Sequence record: NC_005260.1
Strand: one strand, 5' to 3'
DNA: 64,000 nt
Below the pieces are notes generated by a model, which worked only from the letters and a program-made list of their open reading frames with translations, ran no database searches and was not told the DNA's origin. This document shows, in pieces, positions 37,261-46,091 of the stretch. The position numbers were made by a program, and so were the translations under genes. Numbering within the stretch: the first letter of the stretch is position 1; each line of letters starts with the position of its first letter.

Positions 37261-38697
37261 TTAGAAGTCGATACCGACGTAACGGTCGCTCATGATCTTG
37301 TCAAGCATGATTTGCATCGGGTTAAAGTCTTTCGCACTCAGGATTGTCTCCATGATTGCGGGACTGAAACCGGACACCAACGCAGTGCCTTGATCATCTT
37401 TGGTCACCGGATTGTTAGTCGGGCGCGGGCAAAGATTCCAGAATACCAGCTTCGGCATTTCGTAACCAGCATCGCGGTAAGTCTGACGAATCACCTCAAA
37501 GTTGGTACGTTCGCGATCACGCATACGATAGTATCCGCTGTAACCGCCGTCAGCGATGTTGAATTCCATGTCAGACAAGACGACCATCATAGTCGGCATA
37601 TCTTCTTGCGGAACTCGATTGCGTACAGCGCGATCAAGAATGATCTTGAATGCACCGGCAAAGTTGGTAGAGCCACCCCAAGGAGCGCGTCCCAGATGAT
37701 TCACCATGCTTTGCAGATCGTCGCCTTTCGCTTTGATGTTGTAGAACTGAGGATTATCATCGAAGGTAATCACTTCGTTCTTGAACACGCCACCAGAGCG
37801 TTCGCCGATATACAGACCCAGAGAAATCGCGATGTCCATAGCAGACAGACCAGCAACAGCAGTCGGAGTGCTCATAGAACCGGAAACGTCAACCATTGCG
37901 ATTACGTTTTCGGTAGAGCCAGCCATCCAGTCGCGTTGTGCTTTCCATTGCGCGTCAGCAGCAATAGAAGAACCGGTACGCATGGACTTGATCATGTCAT
38001 ACGGGTAAACTGCACCAGCGTTGATCTTAGCCTCGCCCTTTTTCAGAGACTCAAGGTAAGCAACATAACGCTCGTTCGCGTTTTTCAGGAATGCTTTCTG
38101 ATATCGAGCAGAAGCAACAGACGGCAGTTTACCGAACTCAATGCCATCCCACTGACGAGCACACATCTTTTGTTCAACGGTGTTCGACATACGGACGATA
38201 GTGTGACGGTATTCTTTGGCAGTCATCTGCATGGCTTTCGCTAGAATGCCAGCTTCTGAGCCTTTGCGCGGTGCCCACTTTGCAGCAAGACCGTTTTGCT
38301 TGGTCATGATTGCATCAACCATGATCGCAACAGCGGCGTCCTGAATCGGAGAGTTGAACATCGCTACCACATCTTTGAAGCGACCGATTTCAGGAGTGTT
38401 CATCAGAACAACGGTAGCATCAACCGGGTGACGGTGTGCAAGGACTTTCAGCAGGCGGATGAATTGTTCGCGTTCACCGGCACCACCGCGAATATCGCGA
38501 GCCCATTGCAGAATGCGAACAGCCCAGTCCGGAGACTCGGTATAAGCATCAACAAACATCTGAGTTAGATCTTTCCCGCGAGAGGAACCAATCTGAGAAA
38601 ACAGATTCAGACACTTGTCGCCAGTAGTGTAGTTAGTAACAGCACCGTTAGCAGTGCGGGCTTGAGCTTGTACCATTGCATTCATAAAAGTAGACAC
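37261..38697 (-). CDS. DUF2828-family TROVE/Ro60-like protein with vWA (MIDAS) domain
   Basis: TANGA, ARDIRGGAGER, AKWAPR, DVSGSMS, TFDDNP, WGGSTNF, LSDMEFN, FWNL; probable GTG start at 38697 with AGAGGT RBS. Confidence 0.85.
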   Translation of the reverse strand: MSTFMNAMVQAQARTANGAVTNYTTGDKCLNLFSQIGSSRGKDLTQMFVDAYTESPDWAVRILQWARDIRGGAGEREQFIRLLKVLAHRHPVDATVVLMNTPEIGRFKDVVAMFNSPIQDAAVAIMVDAIMTKQNGLAAKWAPRKGSEAGILAKAMQMTAKEYRHTIVRMSNTVEQKMCARQWDGIEFGKLPSVASARYQKAFLKNANERYVAYLESLKKGEAKINAGAVYPYDMIKSMRTGSSIAADAQWKAQRDWMAGSTENVIAMVDVSGSMSTPTAVAGLSAMDIAISLGLYIGERSGGVFKNEVITFDDNPQFYNIKAKGDDLQSMVNHLGRAPWGGSTNFAGAFKIILDRAVRNRVPQEDMPTMMVVLSDMEFNIADGGYSGYYRMRDRERTNFEVIRQTYRDAGYEMPKLVFWNLCPRPTNNPVTKDDQGTALVSGFSPAIMETILSAKDFNPMQIMLDKIMSDRYVGIDF

Positions 38698-38710
38698 AGA
38701 ATTACCTCTT

Positions 38711-39310
38711 TCAGGTTTGTTTGAATTTGTCCCAATCATAGGACAGTTTGTTTTTCCAGCACTTGCGGCAGAACGAGATATAACGTTGTTCAGCCCCAAT
38801 GCAAATTTGTTCACCGCGACGGATAACATTGCCGTTATCATCAACGCGAGCTACCATACAGGATTTTCTACCACAATCGCAGATACCAGACAGTTGTCGG
38901 ATTTCATCTGAGATCGAAAGCAATGCCCTAGAGCCGGGGAACAAGTTACCGAGAAAATCGGTACGCAGTCCGTAGCACATCACAGGGATATCCAGCTTGT
39001 CAACTACATCAGATAGTTCCCATACTTGTTTTTCAGTTAGGAACTGCGCTTCATCAACAAGAACACAGGCGATTTCGGACAGTTTACTCTCTTTTTCGAT
39101 CATTGTAAACATGTTTTCATTAACATGTACACATCGGCATTCACGCTGGATACCGATACGTGATCCAATCGTGCCTTCCGTTCTCGTGTCAAATGCTGGT
39201 TTGTACAACAGAACGTTTTGATTTCTCTCGTTGTAGTTGAAAGCCACTTGCAGTAATTGAGTGCTCTTTCCAACGTTCATCGAGGCATGGGTGAAAAATA
39301 ACTTAGCCAT
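38711..39310 (-). CDS. tk: thymidine kinase
   Basis: SMNVGKST, VLVDEAQFL, YGLRTDF, CDCGRK, YISFCRKC. Confidence 0.95.
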   Translation of the reverse strand: MAKLFFTHASMNVGKSTQLLQVAFNYNERNQNVLLYKPAFDTRTEGTIGSRIGIQRECRCVHVNENMFTMIEKESKLSEIACVLVDEAQFLTEKQVWELSDVVDKLDIPVMCYGLRTDFLGNLFPGSRALLSISDEIRQLSGICDCGRKSCMVARVDDNGNVIRRGEQICIGAEQRYISFCRKCWKNKLSYDWDKFKQT

Positions 39311-39359
39311 TGATTCCTCTTTTCTGTTACTTTAACTCGCCTTCCATGGCAAGTAAACA

Positions 39360-39686
39360 TCAGTAACAATATTTCGCTAAAAAGTTAGCTTGGTATGAAT
39401 CGTCCTTGATGTAGTATTTGATTCCACTTTGATACACAGCTTTCAATAGTACAACGGTTTCTTGTTTGAACTCGGGTACAATCGTACAGCTACCAGTTTC
39501 GATTGTGTGAACAAGAATTCCGTTATATTCAAACTCAACGCGAGCAGCTTGATAGAACTTACCTCTCCACTCTTGTGGCTTGTATCGCGTCGCCTGTGCT
39601 GTTACTTCACGAACAACAATTGGCTTTTCTGGTTCGCCGCAACCAGATAACAGCGCGACGAACACAAGAAACATTACACGGAACAT
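39360..39686 (-). CDS. predicted lipoprotein
   Basis: Lipobox LLSGC. Confidence 0.7.
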   Translation of the reverse strand: MFRVMFLVFVALLSGCGEPEKPIVVREVTAQATRYKPQEWRGKFYQAARVEFEYNGILVHTIETGSCTIVPEFKQETVVLLKAVYQSGIKYYIKDDSYQANFLAKYCY

Positions 39687-39695
39687 ATAATTCCC

Positions 39696-40124
39696 TTACA
39701 GAACAGGCACCACGGTGATAGCGGAACTAGCATTGTCGCCGTCCATTTTCTTGGTATAGCTCACATAAACCATGTTCATATGCTCTTTGTCATACACACG
39801 GTCGATCACCATGTTTTTGAAAAACCAGCTTTTCTTCTGAGAGAAAATGTTTTTGCGAGACGTCAGCTCAACGCCAGAAGCAAACGGAGCAGAAACACAC
39901 TGCATTGCCACGTCGGTCTGATCTTCGAAACTCAGAGTTCGAGACGGCAGATTCACATAGCAGGTGATGTTCGGATAGTCTGGATCACTGAATACTTCCA
40001 CACTCAGGGTATCTTTGAATACCAGGCCGGAAGTCTCAACTTCGTACAGGGTATCGGCTTTAACAGCACCAACAGCCAGCATGGCACACACGAACATCAG
40101 GTTTTGAATAATCTTTTTCATCAT
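39696..40124 (-). CDS. creA: CreA-family exported protein
   Basis: VEVFSDPDYPNITCY, IFSQKKSWFFK, RVYDK, VYVSYT. Confidence 0.85.
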   Translation of the reverse strand: MMKKIIQNLMFVCAMLAVGAVKADTLYEVETSGLVFKDTLSVEVFSDPDYPNITCYVNLPSRTLSFEDQTDVAMQCVSAPFASGVELTSRKNIFSQKKSWFFKNMVIDRVYDKEHMNMVYVSYTKKMDGDNASSAITVVPVL

Positions 40125-40399
40125 ATTTCCTTAGCAATTACTTTGCAGTTGACAACATAACACGATTTGCCGTTATACTTAAATGTAACAAAATCGCGGG
40201 TAATACTCAAATCGGTGACTATCAAGTTCCTCGCGAGGATTTTCTCTCCGCTTTCGCTTGGCAGTTGATAGTATGTCTCATAAGCTTTATCTATGTAATA
40301 GATCGATACAACATGTTGGGCCATTATTTCAGATCCCAGATAACGGAACAAGTGGCATTTGTGACGTAGTATTGACGCTCGTTGAGCATAAACATCCAA
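40121..40399 (-). CDS. hypothetical protein
   Basis: True start probably MAQHVV. Confidence 0.5.
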   Translation of the reverse strand: MDVYAQRASILRHKCHLFRYLGSEIMAQHVVSIYYIDKAYETYYQLPSESGEKILARNLIVTDLSITRDFVTFKYNGKSCYVVNCKVIAKEI

Positions 40400-40566
40400 C
40401 CATCACCAATTCGACTCAACTCACCGGCACGAATGCCGTTAATCAGCATACCGTCTGGAGTCTTCACATATCCGCCGTTTTGAAACCAGCAAGTAATCAT
40501 GCCAGGTACCGCGAACACAGAGCTATTAAACAACATCAGAGCCACAAACGCAAGAACTTTTTTCAT
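40324..40566 (-). CDS. small exported protein
   Basis: Signal peptide; paralog of 40570..40791. Confidence 0.7.
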   Translation of the reverse strand: MKKVLAFVALMLFNSSVFAVPGMITCWFQNGGYVKTPDGMLINGIRAGELSRIGDGWMFMLNERQYYVTNATCSVIWDLK

Positions 40567-40569
40567 TTT

Positions 40570-40791
40570 TCACCTTTCAAGTAAGCAAATAACGCCATTT
40601 AGTTTATACGACTTCTTATCATACCAGAATGACGTTTCCATTCCGTCAATTATTGCAAGTCGAACGTATAGATTTTTAATCTCCGCATCGCCGATCTTAA
40701 CATAGTTCCCGTTTTGAAACTGACAAGTTAGAATCTCTGCATTAGCGGTACTCGCAAACATCAGAGCGACAAAAGCAATAACTTTTTTCAT
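40570..40791 (-). CDS. small exported protein
   Basis: Signal peptide; TCxFQNGxYVK shared with neighbour. Confidence 0.7.
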   Translation of the reverse strand: MKKVIAFVALMFASTANAEILTCQFQNGNYVKIGDAEIKNLYVRLAIIDGMETSFWYDKKSYKLNGVICLLER

Positions 40792-40988
40792 TTTTCACCA
40801 CATTTTTCTCTGAGACGTTTGATTTCATCGTACATTTCGGACACGATGTTGGAAACATAACGGTGACAATCGCCGCCGGTTCCCCAGCAAGTAGTACAGC
40901 AGTATTGATCATCGAAGCTCATTCCGCGACAGTCTGGACAGTTCACAACACCACGGAATTCATCTTCATCGATCATACGCTTGATCAT
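40788..40988 (-). CDS. small Zn-finger-like protein
   Basis: 3' part of ORF 40788..41231 (MIKRMI...CPDCRG...CTTCWG); start uncertain. Confidence 0.5.
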   Translation of the reverse strand: MIKRMIDEDEFRGVVNCPDCRGMSFDDQYCCTTCWGTGGDCHRYVSNIVSEMYDEIKRLREKCGEK

Positions 40989-41004
40989 ATGCAGTTCTGA
41001 GCTA

Positions 41005-41283
41005 TCAATCACCTTGTACGTCCATGAACATGTTGTCGGCACCATAGAACTTGATAAAGCGTTGTCCAACGATTGCCACCATTGTACCATACTCGGACAT
41101 AATGCTACCACAGTCATGATACATATTCTTTGTGAAAACGAATGGACGAACACCAAAGACGTTTTCGAACAGTTGACCGGCATCGTCGTTTCGCTCATAG
41201 ATTGAGCCCATACAGTCAACAATGCGCACACCGACCAGGCTCATTGTCAACAGTTCTTCCAGATTCTTTACAAATACTTTCAT
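41005..41283 (-). CDS. hypothetical protein
   Basis: ORF track 92 aa. Confidence 0.6.
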   Translation of the reverse strand: MKVFVKNLEELLTMSLVGVRIVDCMGSIYERNDDAGQLFENVFGVRPFVFTKNMYHDCGSIMSEYGTMVAIVGQRFIKFYGADNMFMDVQGD

Positions 41284-41513
41284 TTTCCATCTTCTCCATA
41301 CAGTTTTATCAAATCGTAGTTACCGAAATCGCATGTAAACGCAACAACTTTCAGATTTTTATAGACTTCGCAATACAGCTCCAGTCCACGATTACGCTTA
41401 AACAAATCCGGCTCGCCGTCGAACTTCACGGTAATTGTTTCAAACTGACTAAGTTCGGTAGCGGTGAAGTCGTGGATCTCTTTGACTGTATTGAACGTGA
41501 TGTTTTTGCCCAT
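41280..41513 (-). CDS. hypothetical protein
   Basis: ORF track 77 aa. Confidence 0.6.
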   Translation of the reverse strand: MGKNITFNTVKEIHDFTATELSQFETITVKFDGEPDLFKRNRGLELYCEVYKNLKVVAFTCDFGNYDLIKLYGEDGK

Positions 41514-41515
41514 GA

Positions 41516-42004
41516 TTAACCTCGTTTGTTAATGTCAACATTAAAGTAACCGCTGATAACAAAATAGTGTGATTTCTTGACAACGACGGCAACGTCCTCA
41601 CACCAAAAGATCATACACTCACCGAACATCGGTTTCCATTCTTGTTCGAGTTTGCGGTTGCGCTCATAGACACAATCGGAAGTTTCGATCTCGTTAACGC
41701 TATCATCCAGTTCAGCATAATTCAAATCGTCGAGTGTGTCAATACAAGTTTTATCGAAATACACACCGATATCGGATGCGTTTTCAACCGTAGAATATCC
41801 ACGCTCGGTAATGATATACAGCTCCGGTGAATTGCCTTTGTTGACATATACCGCAGACTTGTATCCAAACCGATCAAATATATACTGTGAGATTTTGCGA
41901 CTGTATGAACATTTGAAAATATTCGGACGAAGACCGTCATTAATCGCAACTTCGGCACCAACATTCAATTCGAAGTTAAACAGAAAATCGTGAACTGTAG
42001 TCAT
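41516..42004 (-). CDS. hypothetical protein
   Basis: ORF track 162 aa downstream of an early promoter cassette (~42020-42105). Confidence 0.7.
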   Translation of the reverse strand: MTTVHDFLFNFELNVGAEVAINDGLRPNIFKCSYSRKISQYIFDRFGYKSAVYVNKGNSPELYIITERGYSTVENASDIGVYFDKTCIDTLDDLNYAELDDSVNEIETSDCVYERNRKLEQEWKPMFGECMIFWCEDVAVVVKKSHYFVISGYFNVDINKRG

Positions 42005-42106
42005 AATGTATTCCTCATAAGTTGTTTCGATATGGACATCTTATCAGGACAAACCATGGTGTCAACACTTTTGGAAATAAAAAATCCCGCCGAAGCGGGA
42101 TTCTGT

Positions 42107-42484
42107 TTACCATTGAATGAACCAGCGAAAAGCGCAAGTATCGTACTTTCTACGGTCAATGATCTCAACATCGGTATTATCCAATGAGATCTTTTTCAGT
42201 TGATCGCGAACTTTAGCACGACCCAGATTGGCATACTGTCTGCAACTCTTGTTAGAGTAGTTGCCGGTTTTGCTAACTTCGCAGTCATAACCACGAACGA
42301 TCTGATTTTTCTCTCGCTCATATTCTTCATAAACGTTCATATTGATGCGTTCTTGTTGAATATGATATCGCCAGTAATCATACTTACCGATTCGGTAATA
42401 CTCGTTGCAATTATCTTTCCAGAAGTCGTGGCCAATCAGATACTTGACTTCATTTTTGTTCTTAACTCGGGTAGTTCTTGACAT
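42107..42484 (-). CDS. hypothetical protein
   Basis: ORF track 125 aa. Confidence 0.65.
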   Translation of the reverse strand: MSRTTRVKNKNEVKYLIGHDFWKDNCNEYYRIGKYDYWRYHIQQERINMNVYEEYEREKNQIVRGYDCEVSKTGNYSNKSCRQYANLGRAKVRDQLKKISLDNTDVEIIDRRKYDTCAFRWFIQW

Positions 42485-42539
42485 CTTGGATCTCCATTGT
42501 TAGTTAAAACAATGAAAGAACCGTCCCTTATGACTAATC

Positions 42540-42701
42540 TTAGCCTTTATGTTTTGCAATCTCAATAGCCTGTAGTTGATCTACTGCTTGTTCTTTGGTC
42601 TTGTGTGTGCCAAGAACTTTCGTCTTAGCATGATTCAAAACCACCCAATCGTCGCCTCGTTTCTCAACGTATTCCAGCAACATGAAACTCTTAAAGTCCA
42701 T
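42540..42701 (-). CDS. small late protein, possibly head-associated
   Basis: MDFKSFMLLEYVEKRGDDWVV...; CTAAATA at 42804-42810 upstream. Confidence 0.6.
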   Translation of the reverse strand: MDFKSFMLLEYVEKRGDDWVVLNHAKTKVLGTHKTKEQAVDQLQAIEIAKHKG

Positions 42702-42717
42702 ACGATCTCCAAATATA

Positions 42718-42800
42718 GGCGTTAGAAGGCGGGACTCGAACCCGCACCCCACTGGGTTTCTGCCCAGTAGCTCTTCCAATTGAGACTTACTACCAACACC
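42718..42800 (-). ncRNA. pseudo-tRNA / tRNA-like element
   Basis: T arm GCGGG-TTCGAGT-CCCGC and D-like arm, 6-bp stem with 6-nt loop CAGAAA, extended acceptor, no CCA. Confidence 0.6.
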
Positions 42801-42806
42801 TAATAT

Positions 42807-43178
42807 TTAGATCTCTTCGGCAGCGTCTGCTACCATTTCAGCCAACTTATCTTCGTTGTCGCTAACAATCAAATAACGAGCCTCATTGATTTCCCAGCGA
42901 TACGGACACAATTGTCCATAGCAGTATTCGGCACCACTTTTCATGATGTCTCTGATTTCATCGGCACAATCTTCGATGTAATCCTCGTCCACGATATCTT
43001 TTCTGGCGAGGAATGCAATGATTTCCCAGCGATGATGAACAACTTTCTTTTTGTAACCTTCAATCATCAGAATCATGTTCATATTCCCAATTGGCTTCAT
43101 GCAAAGCTTTATGCATTTGAAAGTTGAAATCGTCTTTCTGTCTTGACAGTTCTCGGTGAAATGCGAACTCACTAGCAC
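42807..43178 (-). CDS. hypothetical protein
   Basis: True start probably internal (MNMILM). Confidence 0.5.
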   Translation of the reverse strand: MLVSSHFTENCQDRKTISTFKCIKLCMKPIGNMNMILMIEGYKKKVVHHRWEIIAFLARKDIVDEDYIEDCADEIRDIMKSGAEYCYGQLCPYRWEINEARYLIVSDNEDKLAEMVADAAEEI

Positions 43179-43371
43179 AAGCGATCAACATCTTTTTATC
43201 TTCTACGGCGTTAAACGGCGACTGAGCAACAAAGACAACTTTATTTTGTTGGTGCATTTCATTGATGTACCGACACACTCGATCACCGTTGTCAAACATA
43301 CGAGATAGGTAGAGTCGTTGAAACTGAGACAATCGGACTTTCTTGTCCTTGTCAACGTCTATATAATGCAT
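43060..43371 (-). CDS. hypothetical protein
   Basis: ORF track 103 aa. Confidence 0.6.
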   Translation of the reverse strand: MHYIDVDKDKKVRLSQFQRLYLSRMFDNGDRVCRYINEMHQQNKVVFVAQSPFNAVEDKKMLIACASEFAFHRELSRQKDDFNFQMHKALHEANWEYEHDSDD

Positions 43372-43586
43372 TAATTCGGACCGCCTTCGAGTTCACCGAA
43401 AGTTTCTTCGGTATGCTCTTGGACAGAGAAGTGATAGCTTTCGCTGTATCCTTTCTCGGAATACTCGGCGTTAGCGCGAGCAGCAACAGATTCAGCGATC
43501 TTTTTGTCAGTGCGAACGGCATAGAACTCTTTGTATTCTCCACCGTACTCTACATCAAAGAATGAACGAATGACAACATAAAACAT
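43371..43586 (-). CDS. hypothetical protein
   Basis: Start MFYVVI after GAGGAAATAATC; upstream ORF extension overlaps a tRNA. Confidence 0.65.
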   Translation of the reverse strand: MFYVVIRSFFDVEYGGEYKEFYAVRTDKKIAESVAARANAEYSEKGYSESYHFSVQEHTEETFGELEGGPN

Positions 43587-43607
43587 GATTATTTCCTCAG
43601 ATGAATT

Positions 43608-43682
43608 TGGTGGCCCCGGTGGGAATCGAACCCACATCAAGCGGTTATGAGCCGCACGCTAAAACCCTCCAGCTACGGGGCC
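43608..43682 (-). tRNA. tRNA-Ile2(CAT) (or Met)
   Basis: GGCCCCG acceptor, CT-CAT-AA loop, A-CCA; resembles T4/E. coli Ile2. Confidence 0.85.
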
Positions 43683-43722
43683 ATGTTTATAGGAACCATT
43701 ATTACATAGTTCCTAATGATAG

Positions 43723-44109
43723 TCAACCTTTAAGATTCAGTTTGTATCGAATCGAAGTCAAAAACGTCATGATATCTTCCAGTGCATTCACCAGATCGAA
43801 ATGGCGTTTAGTCTCCAAATACTCATGCACCATAGTACACTCTTGTAGGAAATTGTCAATCAACATTTCAACTTCCACTTCCGCGTGAGTGGCTGTAAAA
43901 CTCTGAACATAGCCACGAGCGATAGCGCATTCAGCAAAGCTATCAATCAGCTCTGGAAGTCCTTCGTAGTACGCTTGGAGTGCTGTATGGCGGCTATAGA
44001 TGGTAGTAGTCAGGTGTTGATGATGAACGTATGCCACGCTTTTCAGAAGCTTGGAAATTAGTTCACCAACACTTGAGTTCGCATCACCTTTGAAATCTTT
44101 GAAACTCAT
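43723..44109 (-). CDS. ferritin-like helical protein, T4 e.6-like
   Basis: VHHQH...YSRHTALQAYYEGLPELIDSFAE; CTAAATA at 44149-44155. Confidence 0.65.
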   Translation of the reverse strand: MSFKDFKGDANSSVGELISKLLKSVAYVHHQHLTTTIYSRHTALQAYYEGLPELIDSFAECAIARGYVQSFTATHAEVEVEMLIDNFLQECTMVHEYLETKRHFDLVNALEDIMTFLTSIRYKLNLKG

Positions 44110-44156
44110 ATTATACTCCTAATGAAAAAGGGAGCCGAAGCTCCCTTTTATTTAGA

Positions 44157-44243
44157 TGGTACGGATGGTCGGACTCGAACCGACACGCTATCACTAGCGC
44201 GAGCACCTAAAACTCGTGTGTCTACCAATTTCACCACATCCGC
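44157..44243 (-). tRNA. tRNA-Leu(TAG)
   Basis: Cloverleaf with long variable arm, CCA. Confidence 0.9.
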
Positions 44244-44249
44244 ATTGTT

Positions 44250-44337
44250 TGGAGGAGAAAGTGGGATTCGAACCCACGGACCCTTGCGGGCCTACGAATT
44301 AGCAATCCGCTACGTTCGGCCTCTCTGTCATTTCTCC
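44250..44337 (-). tRNA. tRNA-Ser(GCT)
   Basis: GGAGAAA/TTTCTCC, TT-GCT-AA, CCA. Confidence 0.9.
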
Positions 44338-44447
44338 ATGTTCTTTGATGTAATCAGCGGCTCGTTTAATCTGTTCCCACTGAGAATCAGTTACTTTACT
44401 ACCGGATAACTCGAACGAGGCTCTTACGTTTTCCTCGATCTCTTGTT

Positions 44448-44669
44448 TTAAGCTTTGCAATAGTCGGTACCACTTCGAACAAAACCACCATGATCTTTCT
44501 GTCCAATGCAGTGGACACCGCGACATACTTTAATCAGTCCAAGCTTTAGCAGTCTAGTAATCTGATCATTAGAACATCTTGCCTTGGATTGAGTTGTACC
44601 AAATCCATTAGAATTAGCGGTATCAGCGAAACGAGATTGCAGTTCAATATCAGCTTTGGTGATTTTCAT
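44448..44669 (-). CDS. hypothetical protein
   Basis: ORF track 73 aa. Confidence 0.5.
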   Translation of the reverse strand: MKITKADIELQSRFADTANSNGFGTTQSKARCSNDQITRLLKLGLIKVCRGVHCIGQKDHGGFVRSGTDYCKA

Positions 44670-44693
44670 AATATAACTCTCTATTGTTTAATT

Positions 44694-44788
44694 TGGCGGA
44701 AGCGATCCGATTCGAACGGATGGACGAGGGGATACCTCGCCGCAAGTTTTCAAGACTTGTGCAATAAGCCGGACTCTGCCACGCTTCC
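44694..44788 (-). tRNA. tRNA-Ser(TGA)
   Basis: GGAAGCG/CGCTTCC, CT-TGA-AA, G-CCA. Confidence 0.9.
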
Positions 44789-44874
44789 AAATTCTTCGAC
44801 ACGGCTCTATGTCGTCATGACTCTTGAACATTACGTTCTGGCTACATACGCGCATCACCTTCCCATTTGATAAT

Positions 44875-45219
44875 TTAACGAGCTACGGGAATCATAGCAG
44901 CTCGTTCCAACCGATCTGCACATTGATTTCTAATATCGACAATAACAGAACGAGCAGACTCAGTGGAAATACCAAGAATGGTATTCAATTCCGTTATATT
45001 GACTCCAATCAATGGGTCTTTATATTTTATATTATCGAATCGTTTGATTAGATGGTTTATGCGTTTCAGTTCTTCTGGACGAGCATGTAAAGAATCGCGA
45101 TACAAGCCGTCAACTATTTCCATAAACTCACGCTCGTTGAAATTCAACGTAGCGACCAGTTCACAGTTAGACCCATACTCAGATTTATCAATAGGTTTTA
45201 CAATCATTTCTCGGCTCAT
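44875..45219 (-). CDS. hypothetical protein
   Basis: Start MSREMIV at 45219; ORF-track extension runs through tRNA-Gln. Confidence 0.6.
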   Translation of the reverse strand: MSREMIVKPIDKSEYGSNCELVATLNFNEREFMEIVDGLYRDSLHARPEELKRINHLIKRFDNIKYKDPLIGVNITELNTILGISTESARSVIVDIRNQCADRLERAAMIPVAR

Positions 45220-45233
45220 TTTATTTTTGAAAT

Positions 45234-45310
45234 TGGCGGGGGATGTTGAATTCGAATCAACGATATCGGAGTCAAAGTCCGATGCCTTAGGCCAGCTAGG
45301 CGAATCCCCT
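45234..45310 (-). tRNA. tRNA-Gln(TTG)
   Basis: TCGGA-CTTTGAC-TCCGA, G-CCA, A1:C72 mismatch. Confidence 0.9.
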
Positions 45311-45563
45311 ATAATTCTTAGCAGACATGAACGTTTAACGTGAGTCGCTGCCTTATCGTTTCGGTAACTTAATCCTACTTTGTGTAACCTCACATCATTC
45401 AACGCAACGCTGAATCAATTCAAAGAACTCTAATCAAGAACTCTTTGAAGTGACTCACAAGTAAATCACTCGCCCCTTAAAATCGCATGTTCTTTCGAAC
45501 AGAGGGAATTTTTCAGCTGGACTTCTAACAAAGTTTCCTAGGACATTGTTAGCATTCTCTATT

Positions 45564-45638
45564 TGGTCTCGGGTGAGTGAATCGAACACTCGACGACCTG
45601 GTCCCAAACCAGGCGACATACCACTTGCCTAACCCGAG
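45564..45638 (-). tRNA. tRNA-Pro(TGG)
   Basis: CCTGG-TTTGGGA-CCAGG, CCA. Confidence 0.9.
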
Positions 45639-45647
45639 GTAACTAGA

Positions 45648-45749
45648 CGCTAAGGTAGAGAATCGAACTCTACATGAAATCAATACCGACGGGGCAATAT
45701 ATATCCCGACTTTCGAGAAGCTATCTCATTGCACTTAAAAGCATTAGCG
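45648..45749 (-). ncRNA. tRNA-shaped RNA with branched domain replacing the anticodon arm
   Basis: CGCTAA/TTAGCG + GTAGAG-TTCGATT-CTCTAC; internal ATGAGAT/ATTTCAT stem; no CCA. Confidence 0.6.
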
Positions 45750-45774
45750 ATTTCACCTTTCAAAGCGATTAAAC

Positions 45775-45850
45775 TGGTGGGCCCTCCCAGAATTGAACTG
45801 GGGACACTATGATCTTCAATCATATGCTCTACCTACTGAGCTAAGGACCC
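45775..45850 (-). tRNA. tRNA-Phe(GAA)
   Basis: TATGA-TTGAAGA-TCATA, CCA. Confidence 0.9.
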
Positions 45851-45855
45851 GAGAT

Positions 45856-45931
45856 TGGGGTGACGGACGGGGATCGAACCCGTGACTACCAAGATCACAG
45901 CCTGGAGCTCTACCAACTGAACTACCGTCAC
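45856..45931 (-). tRNA. tRNA-His(GTG)
   Basis: CCAGG-CTGTGAT-CTTGG, C73-CCA; -1 position is T. Confidence 0.9.
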
Positions 45932-46010
45932 ATAAATGATCACTCGAAAGAAAGCATTTATGTAACGAGTTACACACTGACATATATGGGAACATCAGAA
46001 CCCTTTTCAC

Positions 46011-46085
46011 TGGAGCCCCCACTCGGGATTGAACCGAGGACCTACTGCTTACAAGGCAGTTGCTCTACCACTGAGCTATAGAGGC
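46011..46085 (-). tRNA. tRNA-Thr(TGT)
   Basis: ACTGC-CTTGTAA-GCAGT, CCA. Confidence 0.9.
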
Positions 46086-46091
46086 GAAATT

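Noticed and set aside
38698-38844. ORF-track 5' extension of the DUF2828 gene
   Set aside because: Overlaps tk; a good RBS precedes GTG at 38697
44299-44526. ORF-track calls or 5' extensions overlapping tRNA genes (44299..44526, 45816..46022, 46784..47050, 52697..52933, 52711..53049)
   Set aside because: They run through clear cloverleaf sequences, so they are not real CDS
45490-45530. Possible hammerhead ribozyme (CTGAAAA...CGAAA)
   Set aside because: Lacks the CUGANGA core and three-stem geometry
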